DNA of 64,000 nt from Ylistrum balloti (taxonomy: Eukaryota), in contig NW_026782205.1 in the NCBI RefSeq assembly GCF_031769215.1, forward strand, positions 868,001 through 932,000, read 5' to 3'. The translations under genes and the position numbers were made by a program. Positions 1-13,939 of this stretch are shown here, one piece after another (within the stretch, counting starts at the first letter, position 1; the number at the start of each line of letters is the position of its first letter). The notes below the pieces were generated by a model that saw nothing but the letters and a program-made list of their open reading frames with translations, was not told the DNA's origin and did no database searches.

Positions 1-1485
1 TTGCAGGGGCATTCCACCACAATTACTAGGCTGTCACCTAATTTTTAGACATGCACTTGTAATGTTAATACTCTTCAGACAGAAATTAAAAAAACAAAAA
101 AAAAAAACAATTATTCTGTCACGATTCTGTGGTTGCGGTGTAGCTGGTGCAATGTTACAAATGTGTTTCCCATGTCAGTGACTGTATATGTAAATGCAAA
201 AAGAAGACATTTGAATAACAGATTTTTGTCTTCATTTGAATAATATATTTCTCTTTCATTAAGGTATCACAGATATAGTATATATCTGAAATACATCGAT
301 ATTTGAAAAATGTTGAATGCCTCTTTCTATAGACTGCATTTGAGGAAATTTGTATCTACCCTTGTAAAGGCATCAATATAAGATCAATTTTGTGATGACT
401 TGTAGAGTCTGTAACCTTGAGCATTACAAGGTCATTCTAAACCATGCCAACATATTAACATTATCTTTCTCTAGGTAATTAGACAAAGTATTTATGACAT
501 ATCTGAAACTCTTTTCAGATGTCAAAATCTTTGTATGTGTTAAAGTTTAATTTTAGTTTGCAATAAAACAAAAATAAAAAAATACACCAGAGTCAAGAAT
601 TTGGATTTCAGTTTCTGGCTGGTCTGATGACTTGGGGGTCAGCAGGGAGATATCCCTGTATGTCACATATATTTAAATTTTAGCCAGTTTTACTATACTT
701 TCTTTCAGTTAGACTTAATTTGCATATCATTTGTATAATGAAAATAATAAATATTCACTGACCTAATATAATAATGTCTTTGTTTTATTTGTACATGAAT
801 TATGCATTCTTACAAAAATGCTCCAATATAAGACATAAGTTTACACATTTTAAATTCTTCTTGATTTAAGAAATTTTAGTAAAGTTCATCAAATTGGACT
901 TTTTTAAGAATAATGAAAGATCAGAGGGTGGTGAGTGCCAAGATCATTATGGGAACTCTTGTTAGTATTTTTTTTAAATAGCAATTTTTCTCCATGGGAA
1001 AAAATAGCTAGCAATTTTAACCGTGAAGTATGAATATGTAATTAATGGCAGTGACCACTGTAGTACAGGTATCTTTTATTGATTTAATGAGGTGCTTTAT
1101 GACATCTCTAAGTTTATATCTAGAAAATAAATGTATTATTACCTCATCCTTTGATAAAGTAAAGTATGTTACACAGTAGTTTGTGCTATATGTAATAAAA
1201 GAAATATATTTAAAAGGTGGTGAATAACAAAATTCAGTCCTGCAATCACAAGAGAGCAATTTCTTCAAGGAAGAACTTGGTGGCATTTGAGTGGTCAAAC
1301 AGACCTGAAGTATTGTGCAGAAACCGATTTTCTATTTGTAGCAAGCGATTCTGACCGTACACAAAAGCAAACCCAGGTAAACACTTTATTCAAGGAACAA
1401 TGACAGGTTGTCCATGTAAAACTAGTCCAACATTTTCTTGCATGGTGCTACACTAGCAATGACCTTGCGACCCAGTCCTGAAAAA

Positions 1486-1875
1486 GCAATGCAAAACGAG
1501 CATTTACTGTCTGGAAATAAGCTATGCCAAACGAGCATTTACTGTCTGGAAATAAGCAATGCCAAACGAGCATTTACTGTCTGGAAATAAGCAATGCCAA
1601 ACGAGCATTTACTGTCTGGAAATAAGCTATGCCAAACGAGCATTTACTGTCTGGAAATAAGCAATGCCAAACGAGCATTTACTATCTGGAAATAAGCAAT
1701 GCAAAACGAGCATTTACTGCCTGGAAATAAGCTATGCCAAACGAGCATTTACTGTCTGGAAATAAGCTATGCCAAACGAGCATTTGCTGTCTGGAAATAA
1801 GCTATGCCAAACGAGCATTTGCTGTCTGGAAATAAGCTATGCCAAACGAGCATTGCTGTCTGGAAATAAGCAATG
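1486..1875. repeat. 35-bp tandem minisatellite, about 11 copies
   Basis: Unit GCAATGCCAAACGAGCATTTACTGTCTGGAAATAA repeated head-to-tail with few substitutions. Confidence 0.95.
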
Positions 1876-1929
1876 AATGAAGTGTGAGGGGAATCGGCAC
1901 AACAAAACTAGATATCGTTTCTATTCACA

Positions 1930-2200
1930 ATGTATACTGACAGTGACCTTGACCTGTGATCTCTAAATAACCAAATTATATAAAACCATCAAAAAGACAT
2001 CCTAAGCAAGCTTGAGAAAACAAATGGGGAAATGCTGAGTAGAAGTGGAGACCGGACGGACCAAGAACGAGGGAGATCATATTACAACCGCCCCTTCCGG
2101 TCGCCAGATCGGGAGGGGATAGGGAAGCTGCTTGAAGTAGGTTATCTGATCATGTCCGTTGTCGTCCGCCGTTCGTCACCATCTTCTTCGAAACATGCGC
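1930..2200. mobile_element. Degraded non-autonomous interspersed repeat ends (bivalve HINE/MITE-like)
   Basis: TGACCTTGACC motif, GACCGGACGGAC run and GTCCGTTGTCGTCCGCC run resemble termini of common bivalve non-autonomous elements. Recognised by motif only. Confidence 0.35.
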
Positions 2201-5200
2201 TACTTGTCATCATTTGTTTATAAATATTCGTTTGATATTGATAAGATTTTTTTTAGATTGTAAACATCAGAAGACCGCCCCTAGCTGGCGGTGTGTGGAC
2301 CAGAGTTTGTTCCCTTGTGGATTAACATTTGATTATTGTTTCTGACATTGGATTTGCTCAGCATGGCTGTTCACGACAGGGTCCCGAACCCGCAACCCCT
2401 CCCGGCCTCCGACGGCGATCTGACGGGGATAAGATAGACTACTAATTACATTACATACAGCCTTAATTGGTGTCAACAAGTAGCTAAGTTAATCACCTGG
2501 CGCAGGTGCTTGCAAGCGTTGGGACTAAGATGTTGGGAGTGTTTGGGGAAAGCAGACAAGCCAATTACTAGTCTACACTGATTGTAGTGCTGTGTTGCTC
2601 TTCCCGATGTAACGACTACCTAGCAATGATGTTTATACCACAAAGGGACATTTGATTCTTAATTAAAATGGAGATTTTTGTATGATACCAGATATTGGTT
2701 GATAGGGACCGTTATTTAACAATGTTGATGGTTGTTTAAGAGATAGCCTAAATTCCGTTACATGGAATTTCGAGTATTCCTCTTTGTTAATCATGTACGG
2801 TCGTAATTAACACTTCAATAAAGTTGTAACGGCTAACGAACACAGAACTACACTTCCATGCCCTAAAATGCACAAGAACGCACATTGGTAAAATGTTAAG
2901 ATCATCTGAAAGTCATAGAATACATTTTTCTTTTGCTCTCTGGAACACTTTATTTTGCATGAACATGTCAACAATATCTTTGTTTTGACCTAATTTCTAA
3001 TACATATGAGTTATGACTGTTTAAATTCACTATGGAGGAAATCGTGTCTTCAACAGTTATTTCTGTGGTTTGATATGAAGATTAAATCGTTCGCTCACAT
3101 CTGTCATTAGGTGATTGTTCAGGACACCACTTTCTCAGACGGTGATAAACAGTAACACGGAAATCAATCGTCTATATCTTTACCAACCGTACAGTCTGAT
3201 AAAGAGATACGGAGTCGATCCCACAATCCCATCGGAAATGTCTGCCTTGATCGCAAGGTAGAGATGGCGGTATATATAGACCTTTCACCAGTTTCTTAGT
3301 CTTTACCTTCCCGTGCAGGAAGCGGAGACCAAGATTACTACAGCTAAATATTGTGAGATTTTTTTTTTTTTTTTTTTTTGCAAAATTGTGTCACAACTAT
3401 CTACCAGGTTTATTGTATACCATAAGTAAAGCATGGAAGAACTTGTTAAACATTGTCTTTACGAATGTCTTCGCCTATTTCGAGCGTTATTTTTTTAGAG
3501 TTAGTCGGCCCGTGAACAGCTACGTCTGTCTAAGTCGGAGTTTGATTGCAGTAGTTGGTGGCGTACGAGCGACATTCAGGGTTGTTTTTTGATGTGATGT
3601 CTCCTTGTAGTAGCTGATCCATGGCGGCCCAGGTTATCTGTCTGTAATTATTCAAGTAATGTCGAGATAAAAAGTGTAGCATTAGGTATTTGTTTAATAC
3701 TTAGTTTGTTTGTATCCGTGCTGTAAGGTCGCATGAAATCAGTATCCACAGATAGATTTCGCTGAAATGTCATGACCTACACATACAGCGCCGCGGAACT
3801 TCAGCTGGTACCATTACTCTGACAATACATTTACCAGAGATCCAGAAATGGTCAAAACAACATGTAGGATAGGAGAGATAGTGGTCCCTCTTGCCCAATA
3901 GTCAGCAGTGAAAGTCAAACTTGTATGATATAACATAGTTTACATACAGCGGGCTATCACGAGGGAGTATACATACATCTCCATGAAACCCAATTGTAAC
4001 CGGTACCGTTATATGATGTATTTGGAATTTTGAGGTCTTTTGATGAAGCATAAAATCAAATTTGTAATCTTCAAAAAAAATCTCTTTTACAATAATGCGT
4101 GCGGTGCTTTTAACGAAATTATTTGTCATTCGACTGGAAGCCCAGCCGACACGATACTGAATTAAAATGATTCACCTTGACTCACCTTGAAAATTAACGA
4201 TTTCCAACGCATCGATTACTTCTCTATAATATATCATCATCATGATGGTGATTTTAAATACTTAATCATCAAAATAGAACAATGATGATGTGGTCTATGA
4301 TCATAAGCTATTGTCGTTTGGTTCAAATTGGGATCTGCGACCCTAATGAATAGTACTGTTTAGTAGGAAGTTCTAGCGAAGGAATCGGTACAGATACTTA
4401 GCAAAGGGGAACAACTCTTTATGGTGGTAAGCAATCTTATCATTGTGATGACACTTCATTGTAAATGTTTATATTCCACTGTGGGAAATACCTCACTGAC
4501 AACCAGAGGAAACCATAGAGATAGATATAAACGTACCACAGTGTTGCATGTGCAACTAATTGTACAGGTATACGAAGTTCTAGATAATTAATGCGCGTGC
4601 ACGCTAATTTAGTGAAATGCAGCTCTGTACACTGTTTGTAAAGCACAATAGGTCGTTAAGCTTTCAGGTTTAATACCTTTGGATTTTGAAACGCCCGACA
4701 GTAGTATAGAGCTCCTCAATTAACGACAAGGCGTATGCTGTGTAATGATACGTTTTTATACGGGACACGTGCCAGTATATCCTTCACGCGCAGCCCTACA
4801 CGTACACTATTTGGCAAGTTTGTTTATTTTTATGATATTTGTTGACCCCCATTGATTAATCTACCGGCAAAGAAACATGTACATTTTAATAAGACTTTGG
4901 AAATATTCCATCTAAAATTCTGACTCGGTTTAAAATCACGTGCACTTTGTAGTTGTGTTTCTAATGATTGTAAACTTTACATGCATAACGCAGGGTAAGG
5001 CACATATTTCAATGTTAACACTGTGTATATTAAGCTGTTGATCAGACACTGGAGATGTCTGCTTGTCTCTACACTCAGAAGAGACGACATGAGATGATTT
5101 TACAAAGTAAACACATGTATCATTTACATACAGCTTATCATCATATCTTTGTACAGACTGAGTAATTTTATAACTAAAAGGTGTGTATATTTGTTTGCTA

Positions 5201-6694
5201 TGTGCTGTTCATGTTTTTGTATAGAAGGCCTGCTAATTAAATTTTCATTTATCATAGCTTGTCATCTTTCCCGACATTTTAGATGGCTGTGTGGTCCAAG
5301 GTAATGACTTTAAATATTCAAAATAACGTAATCTCGACTTCTGCATCTTTGTACGGAAACGTATTCGGAGTTGTTTTCTGTCTTTTCTTTTTTTTAAGAA
5401 AAATGGCGTACAAGTCGAGGAATATTTCATTGTGTTTGAGTGTTTTCCAATCTTAATTCAAAGACAATGAAATTATCCGTTTCAGCTTTGTTAATTACAA
5501 ATGCAATTCCAAAATGTTCCACAGTTTTCCCTTTTTTCGATTGACGTCATTAAGAGGTTTGCTCATGAATCCTTCCATTAACACACAATTATCACAACAA
5601 CCACAGAGACTGAAGATAGAACAAATTTGTCGATCGGAATTATATTTTAGCACATACATCGCGTATCTTTAACAATTACGATATCCGAATGACAACGATC
5701 TTATTTTGTTTTCATTTCGTAGGAATTTGTGAAAACTTGTTCTCGGGTCGTCTGAAGTGTATTTATCCAAATCACACTAAAACTGTACTCAGATTCTACT
5801 GTATTGTAAAGGACTCGATTCAAGCTTCTATCTACAAAAAGTGTATGGAATGTTAACGATACAGTCACAGTATCCATTACTCTATTAGACCTCAACTGCC
5901 TTTGTCAGTGTTCGACTCTAGGTAAAAAACCGCAACATGTACTTTTAACCTGTTAATGTGTTGTTCCGAAATTGTCATGGAATTTACTTCCAGGAGTTAG
6001 GAACTCTATTGAGTTATTTGGAAAATGTCTGACAATTCTAAATCTATTTTATATATTGTGATCTGTAAATAACCTACTTAACTCAATCCTGTGTGTTAAA
6101 CTCGTACTGAAGCCGGTGAGTGTTAGCATGGGCTAGGTTTTAAATACTTCCTATTGTATAGTTACATATGTATATGTTGCTTTGTTAAAACAGGAGTATA
6201 AATATAAAGCCGGGTTAACAATGCTGATGTCATCGGATGTAGACATGATATTCAATATTTTACTGTCTTTTTTTCATTACTTTATAATCTGGTTTTAATT
6301 TTTCACGTTTTCAATTTAATAATAACAATAAAAACATTTGAAAATAACTTATACTGTACAATTCTGAAATTTAAGATAATAGCAATGTTGTTTGGACATA
6401 TTTTTTTACTGTCGTTTGAGGGAGAAACAAACAGTAATCAGTTTGGATGTCGCGAATGAAGCTACCTATCGAATTACCCCATGGCTTCATCGATGTTTTT
6501 TTCATTGTTTTATTTTTACCAAAACTATGAATCAATACAAGTCAATACAAGTATAACGATTCAAGTAGATGACCTTGCCAGTCGACACATAATTACTTCT
6601 AGGTTCTTTTCTCTATAGAGAACATCTGGGACTTTGTGTGTCTAAATGACTATGTATTTGTTCTGACGAATCGACAGGGGACAGGAAAGTCCAT

Positions 6695-6735
<41 letters not shown>
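6695..6735. repeat. (ATC)n microsatellite
   Basis: About 13 perfect ATC/CAT repeats. Confidence 0.97.
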
Positions 6736-6758
6736 TAAATAGATGTATAACATTCATC

Positions 6759-7381
6759 TATAGTGTGATATCTGTATGGTATGTATAGTGTAATATCTGT
6801 ATGGTATGTATAGTGTAAAACGTGTACGGTATGTATAGTGTAATATCTGTATGGTATGTATAGTGTAATATCTGTATGGTATGTATAGTGTAATATATGT
6901 ATGGTATGTATAGTGTAATATCTGTATGGTATGTATAGTGTGATATCTGTATGGTATGTATAGTGTAATATCTGTATGGTATGTATAGTGTAATATCTGT
7001 ATGGTATGTATAGTGTAATACGTGTATGGTATGTATAGTGTAATATCTCTATGGTATACATAGTGTAATACGTGTATGGTATGTATAGTGTAATAGGTGT
7101 ATGGTATGTATAGTGTGATATCTGTATGGTATGTATAGTGTAATACGTGTATGGTATGTATAGTGTGATATCTGTATGGTATGTATAGTGTAATATCTGT
7201 ATGGTATGTATAGTGTAATATCTGTATGGTATGTATAGTGTAATAGGTGTATCTTATGTATAGTGTAATAGGTGTATGGTATGTATAGTGTAATATCTGT
7301 ATGGTATGTATAGTGTAATACGTGTATGGTATATATAGTGTGATATCTGTATGATATGTATAGTGTAATATGTGTATGGTA
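6759..7381. repeat. 25-bp tandem minisatellite, about 25 copies
   Basis: Unit TAGTGTAATATCTGTATGGTATGTA. Explains the repetitive minus-strand ORFs 6735-7533. Confidence 0.96.
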
Positions 7382-7971
7382 AAGACATACCACACTGAAA
7401 AAACCACATTTCTGATATTTAGAGGTGATAGCAAATAAAGATTTCTTCTTGGAAATATTGCAACATAAATAACCCTATACGTGTCATCTTGAATCCTTTT
7501 ATTACCACATTGATGTAACACTTGATCATTCACGAGACCAGAATAGTTTTGACGACTATATTTACGCGAAAAATTGTTGTTGTCTATCTATAAACAAATA
7601 CGTACGCTTCGAAAATCTGGAAATTGTGCGTGAAATTTCAAGAATGGACATCATGCTTCCCAGGAGAGAATGACAAATCCATGGACCGTCTGATTCGTGA
7701 ATATTTCATTAAAACCACCAGTTGACTGACAGACACAAGAGGTTCGATACATGTAAAACTGCATTTCTCATTCGGAATGCATCGGATTGGAAGTCTCATT
7801 AGAATGATAAGTCAAATTTATTGGTCGTAATTTCCGTAGATGAAAATAAATTTTATTGAATAAACACTTTTTACAATATCTTTATATAGCTATTTGTATA
7901 ATCGTAGTCAGATGAATGATTTATATTATATGTCCTATATCAACTCCTACGCTTCAATATTTAGGCCCTTA

Positions 7972-8372
7972 GCATCACTGACGAGTCCTAACAGGACGAA
8001 ACAGCTGTATGATGTAGCATCACTGACGAGTACTAGAAGGACGAAACAGCTGTATGATGTAGCATCACTGAGGAATCCTAACAGGACGAAACAGCTGTAT
8101 GATGTAGCATCACTGATGAGTCCTAGAAGTACGAAACAGCTGTATGATGAAGCATCACTGACGAGTCCTAGAAGGACGAAACAGCTGTATGATGAAGCAT
8201 CACTGACGAGTCCTAGAAGTACGAAACAGCTGTATGATGAAGCATCACTGACGAGTCCTAGAAGGACGAAACAGCTGTATGATGAAGCATCACTGACGAG
8301 TCCTAGAAGGACGAAACAGCTGTATGATGAAGCATCACTGACGAGTCCTAACAGGACGAAACAGCTGTATGA
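7972..8372 (+). ncRNA. Tandem array of nine minimal type I hammerhead ribozymes (45-bp unit)
   Basis: Unit: GCATCA-CTGACGA-GTCCT(aac/aga)AGGAC-GAAA-CAGCTG-TA-TGATG(t/a)a. It contains core CUGANGA, stem II GTCCT/AGGAC, GAAA, palindromic stem III ACAGCTGT, cleavage triplet GUA and stem I CATCA/TGATG. Units start at 7972+45n. Predicted cleavage follows 8009, 8054, 8099, 8144, 8189, 8234, 8279, 8324 and 8369. Stem II is intact in units 1, 5, 7, 8 and 9 and has one mismatch in units 2, 3, 4 and 6. Confidence 0.88.
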
Positions 8373-11300
8373 GTCAGTTTAATTCATTGTTTGGCCCTAC
8401 TGTATCTCAATCTAAATCATTAAAAGGTGCTTTTTCTCTTGTGCTTGTTTTTTTTTTCAATCTTTCGGAAGAAATAAATGTAATCGGAGCACTTCGGCCA
8501 ATTCAGTCAGGTTTCGGAACTTTTCGGCATTGTCCGCGATGAGGCGATTGGTTAGTAGAGCAAACAAAATCATAAGTCCAGTGATATTTGTAAACCCTTT
8601 TTGTGGCCCCACGTAAGTGATAAAACAATACATTGTATCACAGGGGTTACACGTTTGATAATTAGATTACAAATAGTATGTCGAGACTTGTCCAGACAGC
8701 GACAAAGCCGACTATTACTGGAAGACGTATGTGTCTTCTGCCCAGTGGGGGCCTTGCAGAAATGTATCACTCCCAGACAGGCCAACATGCAGACGGTATA
8801 AATAATGAGCGGGAATTTATTTTCTAAAATTTATTGTGATCGTTCTGAAATGCTCGATAGACAGGGCAACTGGCGATGTTGTCAAATGTATTTGGAGATA
8901 AACCATTTAGGTGGAAAGTACATTTTATTTAAAGGACGTCTATTGGAACTCATGGCTCATATAATAAGGCTAAAACACTTGACATGTGTACTTTGAGAAA
9001 TATTTTGTTAGGTAAAGTTTAACTTTAACCGTGAGAATCAATCCAGATTCTTGCATTTCACGACAGCTTAACTGACTATTTGTTCACTAGAACGCCGCCA
9101 TATTTTTTTATTTGGCAGTATTATTGCATAGTGCCGTCAGTGCTTTCCCCTAGCGTACTACAAAGTGAGGAGGTAGTTCTCGGAACAGCCGTTAGTCACG
9201 TCAATAACGAGATTGGTGACAGTTTGAATTGACCAAGTCTAAGTACGTTACATCATATAAATATATGAGACATGAATTTTTCCAACACGTCATGCATGTC
9301 TACAGCGCGTCACGTGTAATTTCCTTATTTAGAAGTAATGTACATATACACGTTTTCGGTAATATTTATTATTACACCTCAGAGTACGTGCACTGCTCCC
9401 TTCCCAGACTCGTCACTTTAAACCAAGATGACGTAATTGTCTACTAGTATCTCATACAAACAATTTTGTATTGTTTAGTTGTAATTCTTATAAAAGTAAA
9501 ACAGCTTTGATAACCTGTTTCATGGCTTTATTTACATTATTGTAAGGAAATTTCAAAATCATCAAAAATGAAATTCTTTTAAGGTATTCAGCCCGTGAAG
9601 CCTTTTAATAGGGACAAAATCAAAAATCAAAATTTTCACCTTATTCATAAAGATCACAATGTATACTCCATTACTGACCATACTTATCCACAAGTTTTTT
9701 TCATCTAACAAAAATTTAAGTCTTTCAATGGTGTCCCATAGCATGCTGGTTGGATACGGTGAAAATATTAGTGTATGCCCAATAAAAAAAACTTAATTTC
9801 AAACAAAAACATGTGTTTTTACATACCATAATAACAGCAATGAATAATAAAATAGCTGCTATTCATATTACATTCATATACAATGTACGATATGCGAAAA
9901 AGTGTTATCTCGGTACCCTCGTTGTCACCTGTAGAAAAGTGACAAAGACACTTTGTAAGGTAAACTGAGTGTGACAAGAGTTTTCAAATGAAAAATCTGT
10001 TTAAATACTTGCTGGCACACCTTCCGCAAATTTCCAAATAACTTTTAGAAACTATTACCACATGTGATTAGATATTTCTAAGTTTTAATACCCCTACCCC
10101 CTTAATTTCGATGACACATTAGATCTCAGGAAAATTGCATACAATAGCATTATAGCCAAACAGATTATAAATACTAAACTCTTTGAAGGCTACAAGTAGA
10201 ATAGCAATAAAAGTTAACTATTTCTGATATTTTCTTACCTTGACCTCTGACCTTGACCCCGATTATGACCACATAATTCATTATATAACAAAAACGAATA
10301 AGAAATCAAGTCCTTTTTACACAAAAAAGTGTTACCATTATAGCTATATAAAAAGCTCATTTTTATCCTACTTTTCAAACAGTTCAACAAGCTTTGGAAT
10401 TACAGAATCCAGAACACACTTTGTAGAAGAGATCCGCGGCTGTCCATTACAGTTCTTTTGCACAAATATTGCTCTCAGACCATCTTCACCATACCTTTGG
10501 AATATTTTTTAGATGTTGGAAGTTTAAGCCAAAGCCTGCAATATTTTCAGCAGTAGCATGTTTTAAAATGCCCGGTGATATTAAAGGATGTAAGGAAGGC
10601 ATTTTTTTTTTTTTTTTGCCTTTTCCCCGCTAAAATTAAGGGCATGAACGTCAACTCTTTGACTTCCGAAAATTCACGATCTATAAAACGTCGGCATTCG
10701 TCGGGATTATAACCGGAAGTGGTCCATTAGGGTGGAAGTACCTTAACATCCAACTTTTCTTGCCGAATCGGGAACTTTCGGCATATTCCGTGTAGGAGAT
10801 GATGTATAACCTGTGATAAGGTAAACAGGAAATCGGATGTGCTCTTATTTTGATTGGTTTAAATTATATTTTTTTCAACATGTCTCTGGCAGCATGCGTT
10901 TTAGTCTCGTTCAATTATACCATAGTTGTCTGCACACGATTCGCCATAGAGAAGTGATCAAGCAGCTTGGTAACACACGATTATGATTGCCAAATTTATC
11001 TGTATTATTTCAGACTTTTGAAATATTTCTATTTCCCTCATGAAAATGTTAAAAACATTTTTTTTTTCTGTCAATATATTTTTATTCAATCGAAGAACCG
11101 GATGTTCCAATTCCGTGCTGCGATTAAAATTCCATCTGCCATGTAGCTGTACAAGCCGATCATGTGCAGGATATTGGTGTCGTTGGGATTTTAAAATCCT
11201 CGTGAATTTCCACACAAAGTATTTCTAAGGGTTCGCCATTATTAACCGTATGTTTCTGAGCGCTTTATAACTTTCAAAATTAAGCGGCCTTAAGATTCGC

Positions 11301-11434
11301 TTTCATCTGCTGTTGTATGTAAAAACATCAACGTGTATGTCGGGGAAAAGTATGATGATTTAATTGAACAAATTCAGTAAATACCTAATGTATGTATCTG
11401 GATGGAAATCACCTCAATGAATGCTCTCTACATG

Positions 11435-11850
11435 TTTTGGTTATCTAACTCGAACGGTTACTATGATCTGCAGCCATCATGTTCCGTTCGTCGTTGTGCT
11501 CCGTGCGTAAACTTTTTCGTTTTTAATCTTTTCAAGTTTGACTTGTGGATAGAGGTGAAACTTGCCTGAAATGATCTCGAAGTAGTCCTTACCAAGTGTG
11601 ATTATTGCTCAGGTTGATCTGAAATCCAATATAGCAGTCGTGAACGCCATCTTGAAAAACACATTCAAAACTTCTTTTCAAGTTCTGCTGGTTCCATTGA
11701 ACTGAAAATTAGTGGATGTTAAGGAAGTGAAGCCGACATAGTGTTGTTAACATTCAAGCCTCCACAACCACTGCTACTGTTACCAGGCAGTGTATCATAT
11801 TTTGGTCTTTATCAAGTTAAATGACAGTTAGGGCCCAGGGTGCCTCTTGT
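11435..11850 (-). mobile_element. Degraded HINE/Helentron-like non-autonomous element
   Basis: GTTCCGTTCGTCGTTGTGCTCCGTGCGTAAACTTTT near one end and GGGCCCAGGGTGCCTCTTGT at the other. This is the reverse orientation of the ACAAG..GGCCC start seen at 26527. Confidence 0.55.
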
Positions 11851-13939
11851 GATGTAGCGTTCTGATAGTTCTACATCGTATATTGTATTACAACCAGAAG
11901 AAAGTAGGTCAACGCTAAATAATGAATAACTGGGTTTAACATAATACACATCGTGGAAACCATATGGACCAAGGTCATTTTTAATAAAGATGACGTCACT
12001 TCCGTTATAATTCACCAGCTTCTGTTAACATGGACTTGAGACAGTGATATGCTGGACATGCATTGCCTTCTGTCAGATTGATAACAATTATAGCGAATAC
12101 GTCTACCGGAAATTATTGAATATAAATTTGTTTTTATTCATTCGTTTGATTCTAATGTATGTCTATGTACTCGGAGGGCGAAAAGGGCGCCGGTCGTTAT
12201 TGTTATCAGTTCTGGCTTGTTTTGGAAGATTGTTGATTTAGTTAGGGTAAATATGACACCCCTCTACGGCGTAAGGACGTCAAATTACCTTCTAAACACA
12301 CCAGAATAGATCTATTTTCACCTAGACTTCAACAAATTTTAAGGCCTGTGTTCTTTTGTACGGTCGGCCAGGAATTGGCAACTCAATTCTTCAGTGATTA
12401 CTAAATGGCGTCATTTCAATTGGAGCTGATCAGTTGCTTGTTTTCTTGGCTTGCTATTTCTCATCTCCCTTTGCATATTTTTGGGAAAAAATACGTGCCA
12501 TATCACGGGGTTTTCTCGTTTAACAGAAAATGACAGTACACGTTGCAATATCCTTATTGAATTCTGAGTGAAGCTTGAAGCAGGGCTAGACTTCTGAAAA
12601 ATTATTCTGAACATTTTTTTTTTTTTTTTTGTTATTTTTGTATCAAGGCATGTCCCAATCATTCTTTTCGTAATGCAAATTATCTGCTGTTGTCCGGTTC
12701 GTCAAATGCTTACATGAGAAAATTACGTGGTTTTCTCATTATGACTCTCACAAACAAATGACAAAACAGTCAATGCATGCTCACAAGAGCAGATAACTCT
12801 GCATCAAGTCTAGATAGAATTAAAAGAATATAATGGATAGCAACCCTTTTAAGAATATCACTTCATCTCCAAAAATCCGATGAGATTCTGTGAAAAAATT
12901 GACGAAATATTTAAATGATACTCGCAAAAGTGACAAAGGTTGATAACTCTGATAAAAGGTAACAAATATGATTAATAATGTAGCATATAGCCTTAATTCT
13001 TTCTTATGGTTACTCTATATCCGAACAGGAAAAGAGACATTGTGAAAGATGAGTTATTGTGCGTATATAAGCAATCCATCATTCAAACTACGTATTAGGT
13101 TATTTCCCAAGGGAATTAAGTTGCGAGAAATCCTACATTACACTTCAGCATGTAATTACATGTGTTTCTAATGCATGTATGTTAGTCACGAACCCGTGCA
13201 TATCCTTATAAAGATCTGTGTATAAATAGGCTTGCGATGACGGGTGCGTTTCCAGACAGTATGTAGTTATGACAATGTTAAATTACTGAGAAAAATATAG
13301 CACCAAAAGCCCTGTTTCCCGGTAAGTTAGATAACCCCGGCATTTTTTGGAAGTTTAGCATCATCTGCACGGGTTACAGTGACTGTGCTCCGTTTCATCC
13401 TTTCCGTGACCGTGGGATTGGTTGGTTTTATCAAAGCATCAGTATATAAAATATTCAGATCAGTTCATAATGAAAGAAAGCATGTTTCCTTTGATACAAA
13501 ATAATTAAAGATCAGTTGAAAAGATAACCTTTGAAATCTTTGACTTAAAACGACATTAACAGAGATTTTCTGAACGAGTGCATGCGATAGATCGGACTTG
13601 TGTGTTTGTAAGGATGTATAAAGACTGTCAGTTATAATCCTCTCTTTGATTTTATCGTACCTCGGTAAACTCCATCATTCGGATTAACATGATCAGGATT
13701 TGTAAGTATATGTACGTCAAGCCGGAATCCGCTGGCTGGATATACACTCTTAAATCTCTAAATGTTTGTGTCCGATTTCCTTACAGTGTTATACACTATC
13801 TCTATACACTATTTCACTGTTGTTTTCTTGATTTTTTAAAATTTATTTGTATATTTGTCTTTTGAAATAAAATTCAAATAAATGTTTGAAACAGATACAC
13901 ATTGTATACGGAAACTGATCGGAATGTAACATATATATT

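Noticed and set aside
1017-1298. ORF with LKKLLSCDCRTEFC, resembling a transposase C-terminal CxC motif
   Set aside because: The following cysteines of the motif are absent and there are no other transposase motifs nearby.
6663-6700. CTGACGA...GAAA hammerhead-like spacing
   Set aside because: No stem I, II or III pairing.
6735-7533. His/Tyr/Thr-rich ORFs up to 259 aa
   Set aside because: Translations of the 25-bp minisatellite.
7972-8372. CRISPR array
   Set aside because: There are no unique spacers, no cas genes, and the context is eukaryotic. The same applies to the other tandem arrays.
7894-8382. 162-aa plus-strand ORF with SLTSPRRTKQLYDEA repeats
   Set aside because: Product of a 45-bp (multiple-of-three) stop-free repeat; the start is TTG. 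The conserved features are RNA-structural (hammerhead), not protein-like.
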